A stretch of 64,000 bases of DNA, from positions 1,056 through 65,055 of the forward strand of contig JAPLXO010000008.1 in NCBI GenBank assembly GCA_026396065.1. The letters run 5' to 3'. Positions 39,785-49,983 of this stretch are shown in pieces; position 1 is the first letter of the stretch, and each line of letters starts with the position of its first letter. A program made the position numbers and the translations under genes. Origin of the DNA: Candidatus Nomurabacteria bacterium. Its GTDB lineage: Bacteria > Patescibacteriota > Minisyncoccia > Phycocordibacterales > UBA9973. The notes beneath the pieces are model-generated. The model saw only the letters and a program-made list of their open reading frames with translations, did no database searches and was not told the DNA's origin.

Positions 39785-41776
39785 TTATACGCTTAATATG
39801 ACAGGTATTACAAGTGGTCGTTTTGCTGTTTTTTGAAATAAAAATTTCGAAACACTATCACCAAGGTTATTTTTTATTAAGTCAAAATCCACCATTTGCA
39901 TATTTGTAGTATTATCTTCTATTGTTTTTTTAATAATTACACGGCAAGCACGAAGTAATTCCTGATTTTCTTTTAAATATACAAAACCACGAGATATTAA
40001 GTCTGGAGACTTTTTTAATTTACCAGTATTTTGATCTACAACAGCGATAATAACAAACATTCCATCCTGCGCGAGCATTTGACGGTCTTTTATTACTACA
40101 TCTTGCACATCACTTACAGAGCTACCATCCACCATCATTGGAGAAGAAGGCGCTTTTTCTTTTCGAGCAAAAATTTTATCTCCTTCAGCAGAAATTTCTA
40201 TAATAGATCCATTGTCTGGTACAACTATATGATCTTCAGACATACCCATATCAGTAGCTAAGAGTTTATGAAGTTCAAGCATGAAATGATTTCCGTGTAT
40301 TGGAACAAAGAATTTTGGATGAGTTTTTGCATGAAGCCACTTTATATCTTCTTTGTTTCCATGACCTGTGGCGTGAACAAAATCTTCTCCTGGTGTTCTA
40401 TAACTAATTATTTTTACTCCTTGACGAGACAATGCGTCCTTCATTTTTTGCATTTGTCTTTCATTACCAGGAACAATAGATGCAGAAATAATAATCGTGT
40501 CTCCAGCTTTTAGAATAAATTTTTTGTCTGTTTTATTTGCAGCACGATTTAATCCTGAAAATTCCTCTCCTTGTCCACCTGTTGTTAAAATAACAATTTT
40601 ACTAGATGGATAATTATCTACTTCTTCCATTCCAATAATTGTTCCTTTTTTTGGTTTATAAAGTCCAGCTTCAAAGGCTACTTCCATGTTTGTCTTCATA
40701 CTTCGTCCATTTAGAACTATTTTCTTACCTAGATTTTCAGCTATTTGAATAACTTTGATTAAACGACTAATATGTGAAGCAAAAGCAGCAATAATAATTT
40801 TTCCAGAGATTTTTTTTATCAAATTTTCTAAACCTTGATGTACTTTTATTTCAGGAAGAGCAAAACCTTCGTTTTCTATATTTGTAGAGTCTGTCATTAA
40901 AAGCAAAACTTTTGCTTTATCAAAAATACTATATTCTTTTTCTTCTTCATCAGATACTATTCCGTCGACTTGGTCGAGTTTATAGTCACCAGGATTTACA
41001 ATCCAACCATGTTGAGTTTCGATTATTATACCCATAGAATCTGGAATAGTATGAGTGACACCAAAGAACCTTATTCGCATGTTTCCAAGAGTGACTACTT
41101 CATCTGTTTCCACTGTCACTGTTTTCATTTCTGGTAGGTGAGGGAATTCAGTCGCTCTTTTTTTCATCATTAAGATTGAAAGATTACGAGAGTAGACTGG
41201 TGGATTACCGATACGAGATAATACTAAAGGTACACCACCAATGTGGTCTAAGTGCCCGTGAGTGATAAATAAAGCACGAATTTTATCTTTTCTTTCTTCT
41301 AAATATGTAGTATTTGGAATAACATAATCTACTCCTGGTGTTTCTTCTGTCGAGAAGTGCATACCAGCATCGATGACGATAATATCATTACCGATCTCGA
41401 TTGCTGTCATATTTTTTCCAATTTCTTCTACACCACCTAGAGGAATAATACGAATATTTCCTGTTGGTAATTCTGGAATTTTTGTAATTGTATTTCTTGA
41501 TACAAAAGGTTTACTATTGTTTACACTTCCAATAGGGGAACGTCGTCCTTTTCCAAATTTTGAATATTGAAAAGTTGAGCTTTTTGTAGTTCTTTTTTCA
41601 TTGTGATGTGTAGTGTGGGCATGTTGACGAATTGGCGCATGAGCTCCATGCGTGTGTGTGATTTGTATATTTGAACGCTGATGGTGTACTGTATTTGTAG
41701 TTTTTGCTGATTGATTTTCTTCTTTTTTCTTTTCTATACTTATTTCGCTAAAAGATAGTCTGTTTTTTCTTTTCAT
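39785..41776 (-). CDS. rnj: Ribonuclease J
   Basis: PLGGVEEIGKN, THGHLDHIG, HATGH, SRGFVY. Confidence 0.95.
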   Translation of the reverse strand: MKRKNRLSFSEISIEKKKEENQSAKTTNTVHHQRSNIQITHTHGAHAPIRQHAHTTHHNEKRTTKSSTFQYSKFGKGRRSPIGSVNNSKPFVSRNTITKIPELPTGNIRIIPLGGVEEIGKNMTAIEIGNDIIVIDAGMHFSTEETPGVDYVIPNTTYLEERKDKIRALFITHGHLDHIGGVPLVLSRIGNPPVYSRNLSILMMKKRATEFPHLPEMKTVTVETDEVVTLGNMRIRFFGVTHTIPDSMGIIIETQHGWIVNPGDYKLDQVDGIVSDEEEKEYSIFDKAKVLLLMTDSTNIENEGFALPEIKVHQGLENLIKKISGKIIIAAFASHISRLIKVIQIAENLGKKIVLNGRSMKTNMEVAFEAGLYKPKKGTIIGMEEVDNYPSSKIVILTTGGQGEEFSGLNRAANKTDKKFILKAGDTIIISASIVPGNERQMQKMKDALSRQGVKIISYRTPGEDFVHATGHGNKEDIKWLHAKTHPKFFVPIHGNHFMLELHKLLATDMGMSEDHIVVPDNGSIIEISAEGDKIFARKEKAPSSPMMVDGSSVSDVQDVVIKDRQMLAQDGMFVIIAVVDQNTGKLKKSPDLISRGFVYLKENQELLRACRVIIKKTIEDNTTNMQMVDFDLIKNNLGDSVSKFLFQKTAKRPLVIPVILSV

Positions 41777-41788
41777 AGTTTTTTGTTT

Positions 41789-43564
41789 TTATTTAATAAA
41801 AATTCTCCATATTTTGTCTTTTAAGATTGACCAATTATATACATTAAGAAAACGATCTCCAGGTGAAGTGATATGGTCAATATTTAAACCATATAAATTT
41901 TTATCTACTACATAAATAAAATTTGGGCTATAAATAAAAACTGCTGGCATATCTTGTCTTATTTGATCTTCAAATTGGGCATATTTTTTTATTCTACTTT
42001 TTTCATCTACTGTGACCAATGCATCTTCTAAGATTTTATCTACTTTTGGATTTGTATATATTGCTACATTTAGTCCTGGGTCTTTTCTTTGTGAAGAGTG
42101 CCAAAAAGCAAATAGGTCAGATTCGTGAGAAATAATTTCTCCAAATAAAAGAGCGTCATATTTTCTTGGGCGAATTACTGCTTGGTTTAAGTTTCCAATT
42201 TCAAAAGTTTTTACATCTATTTTCATACCTATGCTTTCCAAATCATTTTTAATTAAATTTGCTGTTTCAGATAATGCTGGAGCATTTCCAGTAGAAATAG
42301 AAAATTCTAATTTAGCTGTCGTTTTATTATTTTTCTTCTTTTTTTTATCTATAGATACTTTTTCTAAAATACCATCAGCTCCTTTTGTCCAGCCACCATT
42401 TTTTAATATTTGATATGCTTTTTCTAAATTGTCCTCATGTGATGTTTTTGTATCAGACAATATTCTTTGATAAGCTACCATGTTTGGTGGTATTGGATCA
42501 TCTATAACTAAGCCATATCCTTTCAATACTTCTTTAATTATAAATTCTTTATTTATTGCCTGATCTATCGCTTTTATTACATTTTTATCAGTAAAAATAT
42601 TATTTTGATTTTGATTAAAAAATAATCCAAACACTCTAGGTAATACTGAAGTTTCTATATTATAACCTTCATTTTTTAATTTTTCTGCATTTTCTGGAGT
42701 GATAGAACTCATTTGGTCAATTTCATTATTTTGCAATGCATTTAAAAGATCTTCCTCGTTTGGATAAAAGTGCATAGTAATTTTATCTAAATACGGTTTA
42801 CCTAAAGCAAATTTTTTAAAAGATATAAGATCATAGTAATTTATAATTCCAGAAGTTCCTTTTTTAGTACCAGACACTTGGTATGGGCCAGATCCAATAG
42901 GATTTATGTTATAGCTTGAAAGTTCTATTGGGCCATTTCCCCACAAAGAAGCTGGCATTATTCCGATCGTAGCATTTTCTAAAAAAGAAGCGTAAGGTTG
43001 TTTTAAAGTAAACACTAAAGTTTTTTCATCTTGTTTTTCTACGTTTACACCATCCCAATTTCCTTTAATTGGACTTTTTATTATTGGGTCTTTTGCTTCT
43101 TTTATTGTAAAAATAATATCGTCTGCTGTTACTGGTGTGCCATTTGAAAAATAAATATTATCTTTTAGTATAAATGTATAACTAAGCCCATCTTCAGAAA
43201 TTTGAAAACTTTTTGCTAAATCGGGTATTAGTGTACCATCTCCAGATTTTCTCATGAGCCCAGAATAAACAAGTGAAGTTAAATCACGATCTGCATCAGA
43301 TAGAGCTAAAATAGGATTTATAAATCTTGGTGTGCCTACTACGCCTTCAGAAAGACTTCCTCCACGCATAGGTACCTCTACCATAAATTGCTGATTTATG
43401 TTTTCTAAAATTACTATTGTTGTTAGTAAAAGAACAAAACAAAATCCAAAAAAGATTAAACGTTCCTTTTTTTCGAATGAAGAAATTGCCATCATTGTTT
43501 CTTTTTTGGATGGCAATTTAGCGGTATTTATTAGCTGGCGTATACGCCTATAAAGATTTTCCAT
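41789..43564 (-). CDS. Peptide ABC transporter substrate-binding protein (family 5)
   Basis: LIPDLA, FSNGTPVTADD, PIGSGPY. Confidence 0.9.
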   Translation of the reverse strand: MENLYRRIRQLINTAKLPSKKETMMAISSFEKKERLIFFGFCFVLLLTTIVILENINQQFMVEVPMRGGSLSEGVVGTPRFINPILALSDADRDLTSLVYSGLMRKSGDGTLIPDLAKSFQISEDGLSYTFILKDNIYFSNGTPVTADDIIFTIKEAKDPIIKSPIKGNWDGVNVEKQDEKTLVFTLKQPYASFLENATIGIMPASLWGNGPIELSSYNINPIGSGPYQVSGTKKGTSGIINYYDLISFKKFALGKPYLDKITMHFYPNEEDLLNALQNNEIDQMSSITPENAEKLKNEGYNIETSVLPRVFGLFFNQNQNNIFTDKNVIKAIDQAINKEFIIKEVLKGYGLVIDDPIPPNMVAYQRILSDTKTSHEDNLEKAYQILKNGGWTKGADGILEKVSIDKKKKKNNKTTAKLEFSISTGNAPALSETANLIKNDLESIGMKIDVKTFEIGNLNQAVIRPRKYDALLFGEIISHESDLFAFWHSSQRKDPGLNVAIYTNPKVDKILEDALVTVDEKSRIKKYAQFEDQIRQDMPAVFIYSPNFIYVVDKNLYGLNIDHITSPGDRFLNVYNWSILKDKIWRIFIK

Positions 43565-43623
43565 AAATTAAAAAATAGAATACAAAAACAAAATAATAGC
43601 AAAAGACAATAGCGTAAAAAGAA

Positions 43624-43866
43624 TTAACTCTTTGCTTTTATAATTATAGCGAGTAGAGCTAAAACTGCAAGTAAAATTCCAAGTACAATTGAAAGGATAA
43701 AAAGAAACTTTTCGAAACCTCGGCGAGTGTGATGGAAGCTTCCTCCTTCTCCACCTCCAAGTGCACCACCAACACCAGCATCTGATTGCTGTAGTAATAT
43801 TGCTGTAATTAATACTATTGAGACTATTATCTCCGCGTAGGGAAGAATCTTAGTTATTGTCTGCAT
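43624..43866 (-). CDS. secG: Preprotein translocase subunit SecG
   Basis: ILLQQ..AGVGGALGG...TRRGFEK, two TMs. Confidence 0.92.
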   Translation of the reverse strand: MQTITKILPYAEIIVSIVLITAILLQQSDAGVGGALGGGEGGSFHHTRRGFEKFLFILSIVLGILLAVLALLAIIIKAKS

Positions 43867-43900
43867 TTAGCTATTATTGCATAAAGAAGCTCCAAATGCA

Positions 43901-43947
43901 ACCTCACCCCTAGCCCCTCTCCAAAATTTGGGGATTTTAGAGAGGGG
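43901..43947 (+). repeat. REP-like palindrome family A
   Basis: acctcacccctagcccctctcc...agagagggg. Confidence 0.7.
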
Positions 43948-44015
43948 AATATGGTACTTGACGTCTAAAGAGAGAGAGTATTATTTGTGTATTAACAATA
44001 ATATAATAAAAATAT

Positions 44016-44261
44016 ATGGCTGATCCAAAACCAAATTTTAGCGAAGATCATATTTCCGGAGAGGAGCAAATACAAAAATGCTTATTAGAAAAGAGAATAG
44101 GGTTTGATGAAATTTCTATAATTACACTACAAAATTTAATTCAGAAAGCGCCAAAAGGAGAAACTTTCATTGTTCCTAGTGATATGAAAAAGCATCTTTA
44201 TACAGATTGTGCTCAAAGAACAGAAAGAAAAGACTTAAAATTTGTTGTTGAGAGTAAGTAA
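44016..44261 (+). CDS. Hypothetical protein
   Basis: 81-aa ORF with own TTGACG promoter, flanked by inverted family A repeats. Confidence 0.55.
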   Translation: MADPKPNFSEDHISGEEQIQKCLLEKRIGFDEISIITLQNLIQKAPKGETFIVPSDMKKHLYTDCAQRTERKDLKFVVESK

Positions 44262-44388
44262 TAATTTAGATTACTTTGAAAATAGTGGACACTCGGTGTC
44301 CGCTATTTAGTTTTTACTTTTTTTGCGATACTGTCTTTCATAAATTTCTTATGTCCATTTCCTTTGAATTGTTCCTAATTATTTTATG

Positions 44389-44437
44389 TTCCCCTCTCTA
44401 TTTTCGTAAAATGGAGAGGGGATTAAGGGGTGAGGGG
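44389..44437 (-). repeat. REP-like palindrome family A, inverted copy
   Basis: cccctctctattttcgtaaaatggagaggggattaaggggtgagggg. Confidence 0.7.
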
Positions 44438-44506
44438 AATTATTGGAATTAATTGGAGGGGCGGGTTTTGTATTGCATTTATCTACACAGGGTTTATAAT
44501 AAAAAA

Positions 44507-45502
44507 ATGAAAAATCAAACAACAATGTTGGGCTTGTTCGAAAAATTATTCCATAACTTTAACGCTCGCGCTATGAAAGACGCGACACTATCTTATAAGA
44601 AGCATTTAGATGAAGGAGGCAAAATGATGCTCGCGATGGGAGGCGCTATGTCTTCTGCACAAATGGGTATCACTCTCGCTCCGATGATAAAGAATGAAAA
44701 AATTCATGCTGTATCTTGCACAGGTGCAAACCTAGAAGAATCAGTTTTTCGTCTCGTAGCTCACGATAGTTACAAAGATTATCCTGACTACAGATATTTT
44801 ACAAAAGAAGATGATGAAGCAATTTTAAATAGAGGAGAAAGAAGAGTTACAGACACTAGTATTCCAGAAGAAGAAGCTTTCCGTGTCATGGAACCTATCA
44901 TATTGAAATATTGGAAAGAAGCACAAGAAAAAGGTGAGAGATATTTCCCTCATGAATATTTTTATAAAGTTCTTTTATCGGATGAATTAAATGGAAAATA
45001 CGAAGGCAATCCAGAAGCTTGCTGGCTTCTCGAAGCTGCAAAGAAAAATTTACCAATAGTTGTACCAGGATGGGAAGACTCAACACTCGGAAATATTTTC
45101 GCTGGTTACTGTAAAGCAGGAGAACTCAATCCTTCTATTATGAAGTCTGGAGTAGAATACATGATGTATCTCTACGATCAATACAAAGAATTATCTAAAG
45201 GTGGTCCTGGAATTGGATTCTTCCAAATCGGTGGAGGTATCTCCGGAGATTTCCCTATATGCGTAGTGCCATCTATAAAATACGATCTAAAAGAAGAAGT
45301 TCGCCCTTGGGGATATTTCTGCCAAATCTCAGACTCTACTACTTCATATGGTTCATATTCAGGTGCGACACCAAATGAAAAAATAACTTGGGACAAACTC
45401 ACAAAACACACACCAATGTTCGTAATAGAATCAGACGCTACAATCGTCGCTCCATTTATTTTTGAAGCGATACTTAATAGATACGATATTTCTGAAAAAT
45501 AA
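44507..45502 (+). CDS. Deoxyhypusine synthase-like family protein
   Basis: GGAMSSA, CTGANLEE, IGGGISGDF, GSYSGATPNEKITW, SDATIVAP. Confidence 0.9.
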   Translation: MKNQTTMLGLFEKLFHNFNARAMKDATLSYKKHLDEGGKMMLAMGGAMSSAQMGITLAPMIKNEKIHAVSCTGANLEESVFRLVAHDSYKDYPDYRYFTKEDDEAILNRGERRVTDTSIPEEEAFRVMEPIILKYWKEAQEKGERYFPHEYFYKVLLSDELNGKYEGNPEACWLLEAAKKNLPIVVPGWEDSTLGNIFAGYCKAGELNPSIMKSGVEYMMYLYDQYKELSKGGPGIGFFQIGGGISGDFPICVVPSIKYDLKEEVRPWGYFCQISDSTTSYGSYSGATPNEKITWDKLTKHTPMFVIESDATIVAPFIFEAILNRYDISEK

Positions 45503-45504
45503 TA

Positions 45505-46446
45505 ATGTCTAATATAAAAACAGCTGAATTTGTGAGTCCGAAACATCCGGATAAGATTTGCGACTTTATCGCAGATAGTATTTTAGATGCTTATTTAGCA
45601 GGTGACATAGAAAGCCGCGTTGCTATTGAAGTGATGGGTGGACATAAATTAATTACAATAAATGGAGAAGTCACATCTATCGCAAAACCAGATATAGAGA
45701 GTTTAGTAAAAAATATTGTAGGTAGCGATTATAAAGTAATTATAAATATTGCACTTCAAAGTAATGAAATTGCACAAGGTGTAGATACCGGTGGAGCAGG
45801 TGATCAGGGAATAATGAAAGGTTATGCTACTGATGAGACGCCAGAATTTTTACCACTTGAATATACTCTTGCCAGACATCTTTGTGAAAAGATTTATGCT
45901 GTTTATCCTTTTGATGGAAAAACTCAAGTGACTATAGAAGATGGTGTTGTCACTACAGTAGTCGTAAGTTTTCAAAATTCAAAAAATATTGATTTATTAC
46001 CTTTTGTAAAAAATCTAATTACAGCCAAAGAATACCTGATCAATCCAGCAGGTGAATGGGTTCAAGGTGGTTTTGATGCTGATACAGGACTTTCTGGAAG
46101 AAAATTAATTGTGGATAATTATGGTCCCGAAATTCCAATTGGTGGAGGATCTTTTTCTGGAAAAGATTATACAAAAGTAGATCGCTCTGGTGCATATATG
46201 GCAAGACGAATAGCAGTAGATCTTTTAAAAAATAGAAATGCAAAAACAGTTTATACAAAACTCGCTTATGCTATTGGTAAAAAAGAACCAGTCATGGCTG
46301 TATCAGTAATTGATGGTAAAGAAGAAGATATTATTGATTATGATCTTACTCCAAAAGGTATTCGAGAATTTCTAAAATTAGATAAAGTAAAATATTCAGA
46401 TACTTGCACTTGGGGCCACTTTGGGCACGATTTTCCTTGGATGTAA
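45505..46446 (+). CDS. metK: S-adenosylmethionine synthetase (compact)
   Basis: HPDKICD, GAGDQG, DTGLSGRKLIVDNYG, GGGSFSGKD. Confidence 0.93.
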   Translation: MSNIKTAEFVSPKHPDKICDFIADSILDAYLAGDIESRVAIEVMGGHKLITINGEVTSIAKPDIESLVKNIVGSDYKVIINIALQSNEIAQGVDTGGAGDQGIMKGYATDETPEFLPLEYTLARHLCEKIYAVYPFDGKTQVTIEDGVVTTVVVSFQNSKNIDLLPFVKNLITAKEYLINPAGEWVQGGFDADTGLSGRKLIVDNYGPEIPIGGGSFSGKDYTKVDRSGAYMARRIAVDLLKNRNAKTVYTKLAYAIGKKEPVMAVSVIDGKEEDIIDYDLTPKGIREFLKLDKVKYSDTCTWGHFGHDFPWM

Positions 46447-46476
46447 ATTTTCTAAAAAATTTGTTATAATATCGTT

Positions 46477-47013
46477 ATGCGAATGACTATAGAAAACGAG
46501 GAAATAGATAATATTTTAAGTGAGGTTTATACTGAACATAAAGAACAGCATGCTGATAGATATATTGATCATTATTTAGAACAGTATCGTATTTATTTAC
46601 ACATTTTCAATGGTTTGAGTGAACGTAGACAAAAAGCCAATGAATTTTTTCTTGGGCTAAATACAGCTATTATGGCTATCATGGGTTATATAGAAACCAA
46701 AGAAGTTGTGCATATTTCAGCTATTTTTATACTCGTACCATTTGTAGGTATTGCTATTTGTTATTGTTGGTATCAAATGATACTTTCTTTTCGTCAGCTC
46801 AATCGTGCAAAATTCAAAGTAATTCATTCGATGGAAAAAAAATTACCAGCTTCACTCTTTGGTGCTGAATGGAAACTCCTAGGTGAAGGGAAAGATGATA
46901 CTAAATATATTCCTCTTTCAAGACTAGAGAAAAGAATTCCAATTATTTTTATAATTTTATATTTAATACTTTTCTTTATTAATTCTCCAATAGCTTCTTT
47001 CTTTCATTTTTAA
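46477..47013 (+). CDS. Small multi-TM protein, RipA-family octameric membrane protein-like
   Basis: EQYRIY...SERRQKANEFF..LNT...W...I.SFRQLN.AKF.VI..ME..LP....AEW pattern recalled for this family. Confidence 0.6.
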   Translation: MRMTIENEEIDNILSEVYTEHKEQHADRYIDHYLEQYRIYLHIFNGLSERRQKANEFFLGLNTAIMAIMGYIETKEVVHISAIFILVPFVGIAICYCWYQMILSFRQLNRAKFKVIHSMEKKLPASLFGAEWKLLGEGKDDTKYIPLSRLEKRIPIIFIILYLILFFINSPIASFFHF

Positions 47014-47019
47014 TTTGTT

Positions 47020-48393
47020 ATGACTCAAAATGAAGCACTTAATATTTTAAAGACTGGTGCTAGTGTTTTTCTTACGGGTGAACCTGGGGCAGGAAAGAGT
47101 TATACCATAAATAGTTTCGTTTCATATTTACGTGAGCATGAGATTGAGCCAGCCATCACAGCGTCAACAGGTATAGCTGCCACACATATAGGTGGTATGA
47201 CGATACATTCTTGGAGTGGTATTGGTATTAAAGATGTTTTGACTCCGTATGATTTAGATAAAATTGCTAGTAGTGAATACGTGCACCGCAGAATTAAAAA
47301 AACAAAAGTTCTCATTATTGATGAAATTTCAATGCTTCGTGCAGATACACTAGACATGGTAGATGCGGTTTGTAGGGAAATAAAGCAGACCAGCGAAGCT
47401 TTTGGTGGAATACAGGTCATCCTCGTCGGAGATTTTTTTCAGCTTCCACCAATTTTTAAAAGGGAAATAAAAGAAAAACAAACACAATTAATAGAAGAAC
47501 AAAAAGCGCATTTTGCTTATCAATCAAACTCTTGGAAAAGATTGAAACCAGTCGTGTGTTATATTTCAGAGCAACACCGCCAAGATGACAGCGCCTTTCT
47601 AGAATTACTTTCTGCAATTCGCACAGACACGGTAGAAGAAGAACATTATGAATATATGAAAGAGCGATTCATAGAGCCTACGGAGATTCCAGAAAATACT
47701 ACGAAATTATATTCGCACAATTTAAATGTCGATAAAGTGAATGAAGAAATGCTCGGCAAAATTGTAGACGAAGAAGAAATACCATTCCTTATGGATAGTG
47801 ATGGCAATGAAGCACTCGTGACAATGCTAAAGAAGGGATGCCTTTCACCAGAGACTTTGCTTTTAAAAAAAGGTGCAGTAGTGATGTGTACAAAAAATAA
47901 TCCAAAAGAAAGATTTGTAAATGGCACGCTCGGTATTGTAGAAGATTTCGATTCTTATACAGGAAATCCGATTATTAGAACTAGGAGTGGTAAGACTATA
48001 GAAGTCGCTCCGATGGAATGGGTGGTAGAAGAAAATGGAAAAGTAAAAGCCATGATCGCCCAAATTCCACTTCGCCTAGCTTGGGCTGTGACTATACACA
48101 AAAGCCAAGGGATGAGTATGGATGCTGCTGTAATGGATCTATCAAATGTATTTGAATATGGGCAAGGGTACGTGGCACTATCTCGCGTGCGCAGGCTTTC
48201 AGGATTATACCTTCTCGGTATCAATCATCAAGCATTAAAAGTGCATCCGCTTATTTTAGAGCAAGATAAAATTTTCAGAAAAGAATCCGACAGTGCTGAA
48301 AAGACCTTTGGTAAATTATCAAAAACCGAGCTTAATAAAATGCATAAAAACTTCGTCGTTGCATTGGGCGGGGAGTGGAAAGACAAGAAATAA
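47020..48393 (+). CDS. PIF1/RecD-like SF1 DNA helicase
   Basis: GEPGAGKS, IIDEISM, GDFFQLPP, AWAVTIHKSQG, YVALSR. Confidence 0.92.
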   Translation: MTQNEALNILKTGASVFLTGEPGAGKSYTINSFVSYLREHEIEPAITASTGIAATHIGGMTIHSWSGIGIKDVLTPYDLDKIASSEYVHRRIKKTKVLIIDEISMLRADTLDMVDAVCREIKQTSEAFGGIQVILVGDFFQLPPIFKREIKEKQTQLIEEQKAHFAYQSNSWKRLKPVVCYISEQHRQDDSAFLELLSAIRTDTVEEEHYEYMKERFIEPTEIPENTTKLYSHNLNVDKVNEEMLGKIVDEEEIPFLMDSDGNEALVTMLKKGCLSPETLLLKKGAVVMCTKNNPKERFVNGTLGIVEDFDSYTGNPIIRTRSGKTIEVAPMEWVVEENGKVKAMIAQIPLRLAWAVTIHKSQGMSMDAAVMDLSNVFEYGQGYVALSRVRRLSGLYLLGINHQALKVHPLILEQDKIFRKESDSAEKTFGKLSKTELNKMHKNFVVALGGEWKDKK

Positions 48394-48413
48394 AAAAATG
48401 CTATAATGTGCAT

Positions 48414-49226
48414 ATGGATGAATCAAAACAATTTTCATATTCTAGAGAAGATAAACGCCCAGATTTATCTCTCGAGCAAAAATATGTAAAAAATAAAGTA
48501 AAAGAATTGGGTGAAATCTTAAGCAAAAATAGTGTTATTGCTGTTGCTTGGGATTCACAAAAAAGTTTTTCTTACAGAGTCTTTGAAAGACAACGAACAA
48601 GAGAAATAAGTAAACTTGAAAAATTTAAAGCAGAATGGAAAAACGAAAACATTTTTGATCAAGACGGAGACCTTGTTTTTTCTGGAACTGATTCTGAAAA
48701 AGAGAGGACTAAAAAACAAAAAGAAATAAATCGATATCAAAGATTTTTAGAAAGAGAAAAAGAAGAATTAAAGAATATTGCTATTGCAGATAATGGTGAG
48801 AACTCATTAAAAAATAATGAAATAGTATATGCTTCATACATAAATGATGCTTTTGTATTTTCTCCTCCAAAAAAATTAGTAGATGGCAAATTATCTGAAA
48901 AAAACAAAGAAGATAGTATTGGTAATATACCTATAGATGGTGGAATACAAAGCCAACACAGAATATATGATAATAAATTTAATCTTATTTACGATAGTAC
49001 TGATCCAGTAAATTTCTTAATTTCAGATGAAATTGATAGATTTATTCCAAAAATAATTCCTGAAGACTTTGATGAATTTAGTGATTTTGAATTGGAAGAC
49101 AAACTAGAGGAAGATTTAGTAAATGGATCAGTCGAAGATTATGAAGAAGCGGCTAAAATTAGAGATGAATTAACCTCACGAAAAGTCTTAAAAACAGCAG
49201 AGAAGCTTTTAAATAAAAAACAATAA
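48414..49226 (+). CDS. Hypothetical protein with C-terminal UVR (UvrB/UvrC) motif
   Basis: EDYEEAAKIRDEL at C-terminus. Confidence 0.65.
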   Translation: MDESKQFSYSREDKRPDLSLEQKYVKNKVKELGEILSKNSVIAVAWDSQKSFSYRVFERQRTREISKLEKFKAEWKNENIFDQDGDLVFSGTDSEKERTKKQKEINRYQRFLEREKEELKNIAIADNGENSLKNNEIVYASYINDAFVFSPPKKLVDGKLSEKNKEDSIGNIPIDGGIQSQHRIYDNKFNLIYDSTDPVNFLISDEIDRFIPKIIPEDFDEFSDFELEDKLEEDLVNGSVEDYEEAAKIRDELTSRKVLKTAEKLLNKKQ

Positions 49227-49234
49227 TATACAAA

Positions 49235-49273
49235 AAAATAAGGAGTCCTGAAAAAATCAGTACTCCTTATTTT
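49235..49273. terminator. Bidirectional terminator
   Basis: aaaataaggagt...actccttatttt between convergent genes. Confidence 0.6.
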
Positions 49274-49292
49274 GTAATTTTGATTTCCTACT

Positions 49293-49829
49293 TTAAGAAT
49301 AGTAGGTTTTTCCAGACGAAAAGTTATCTTCGATGCTTATCATTTGATAGCACCAACTGTAGGCACCTTCACCTTTGTTTTCATCGTCATCTTCAATTTT
49401 TTTGAAGTTGTTCACATTGTCTTGTATAAAACTCAACAAGTGTGCCATTTCAATGATTTCAGGTTGCTCGAATGGAATGTCCAACAGTACATTCGCAGCT
49501 AAATTCCCAATATTGTAGTCCAATTTTTTTTCCAAGTTTCCAGTACCGCTCAATTTTTGCTTTAAAATGTTTTTGAGAATTTCACTAGGACCAAATTCTG
49601 GTGATGTGATTATTCCCCAAACATTCATCTCTGGAACAATTGAATTTTCCAATTTGGAAAGCATAATGTCAACTTGATGACAAGTGCTATTTACTACTTT
49701 TTTGGCATTAAAAATACCAATTTCTACCGATAATACATTATCTGTTTTTCTTATTAAAGAGATAACGCATACATAATTACCAGCTCCCAAGTGTGTTAGG
49801 GATGCCAGAAGGGTTCTTACATTTTTCAT
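49293..49829 (-). CDS. Hypothetical protein, stand-alone unit
   Basis: 178-aa ORF with TTGACT promoter, boxA-like leader and terminator. Confidence 0.6.
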   Translation of the reverse strand: MKNVRTLLASLTHLGAGNYVCVISLIRKTDNVLSVEIGIFNAKKVVNSTCHQVDIMLSKLENSIVPEMNVWGIITSPEFGPSEILKNILKQKLSGTGNLEKKLDYNIGNLAANVLLDIPFEQPEIIEMAHLLSFIQDNVNNFKKIEDDDENKGEGAYSWCYQMISIEDNFSSGKTYYS

Positions 49830-49983
49830 TTTTCGAGTTATTTATTTAGTTAATGTTTAGAAAATCTCTTTAATTTTTAATATCAAAGAGCAATTATTAA
49901 TTACCTATAGCATACTACTTTTAAAAATCTAGTCAAGCTTAATAGTTTGTAATTTTTATTTAAAAATATGATAAAATAGATTT

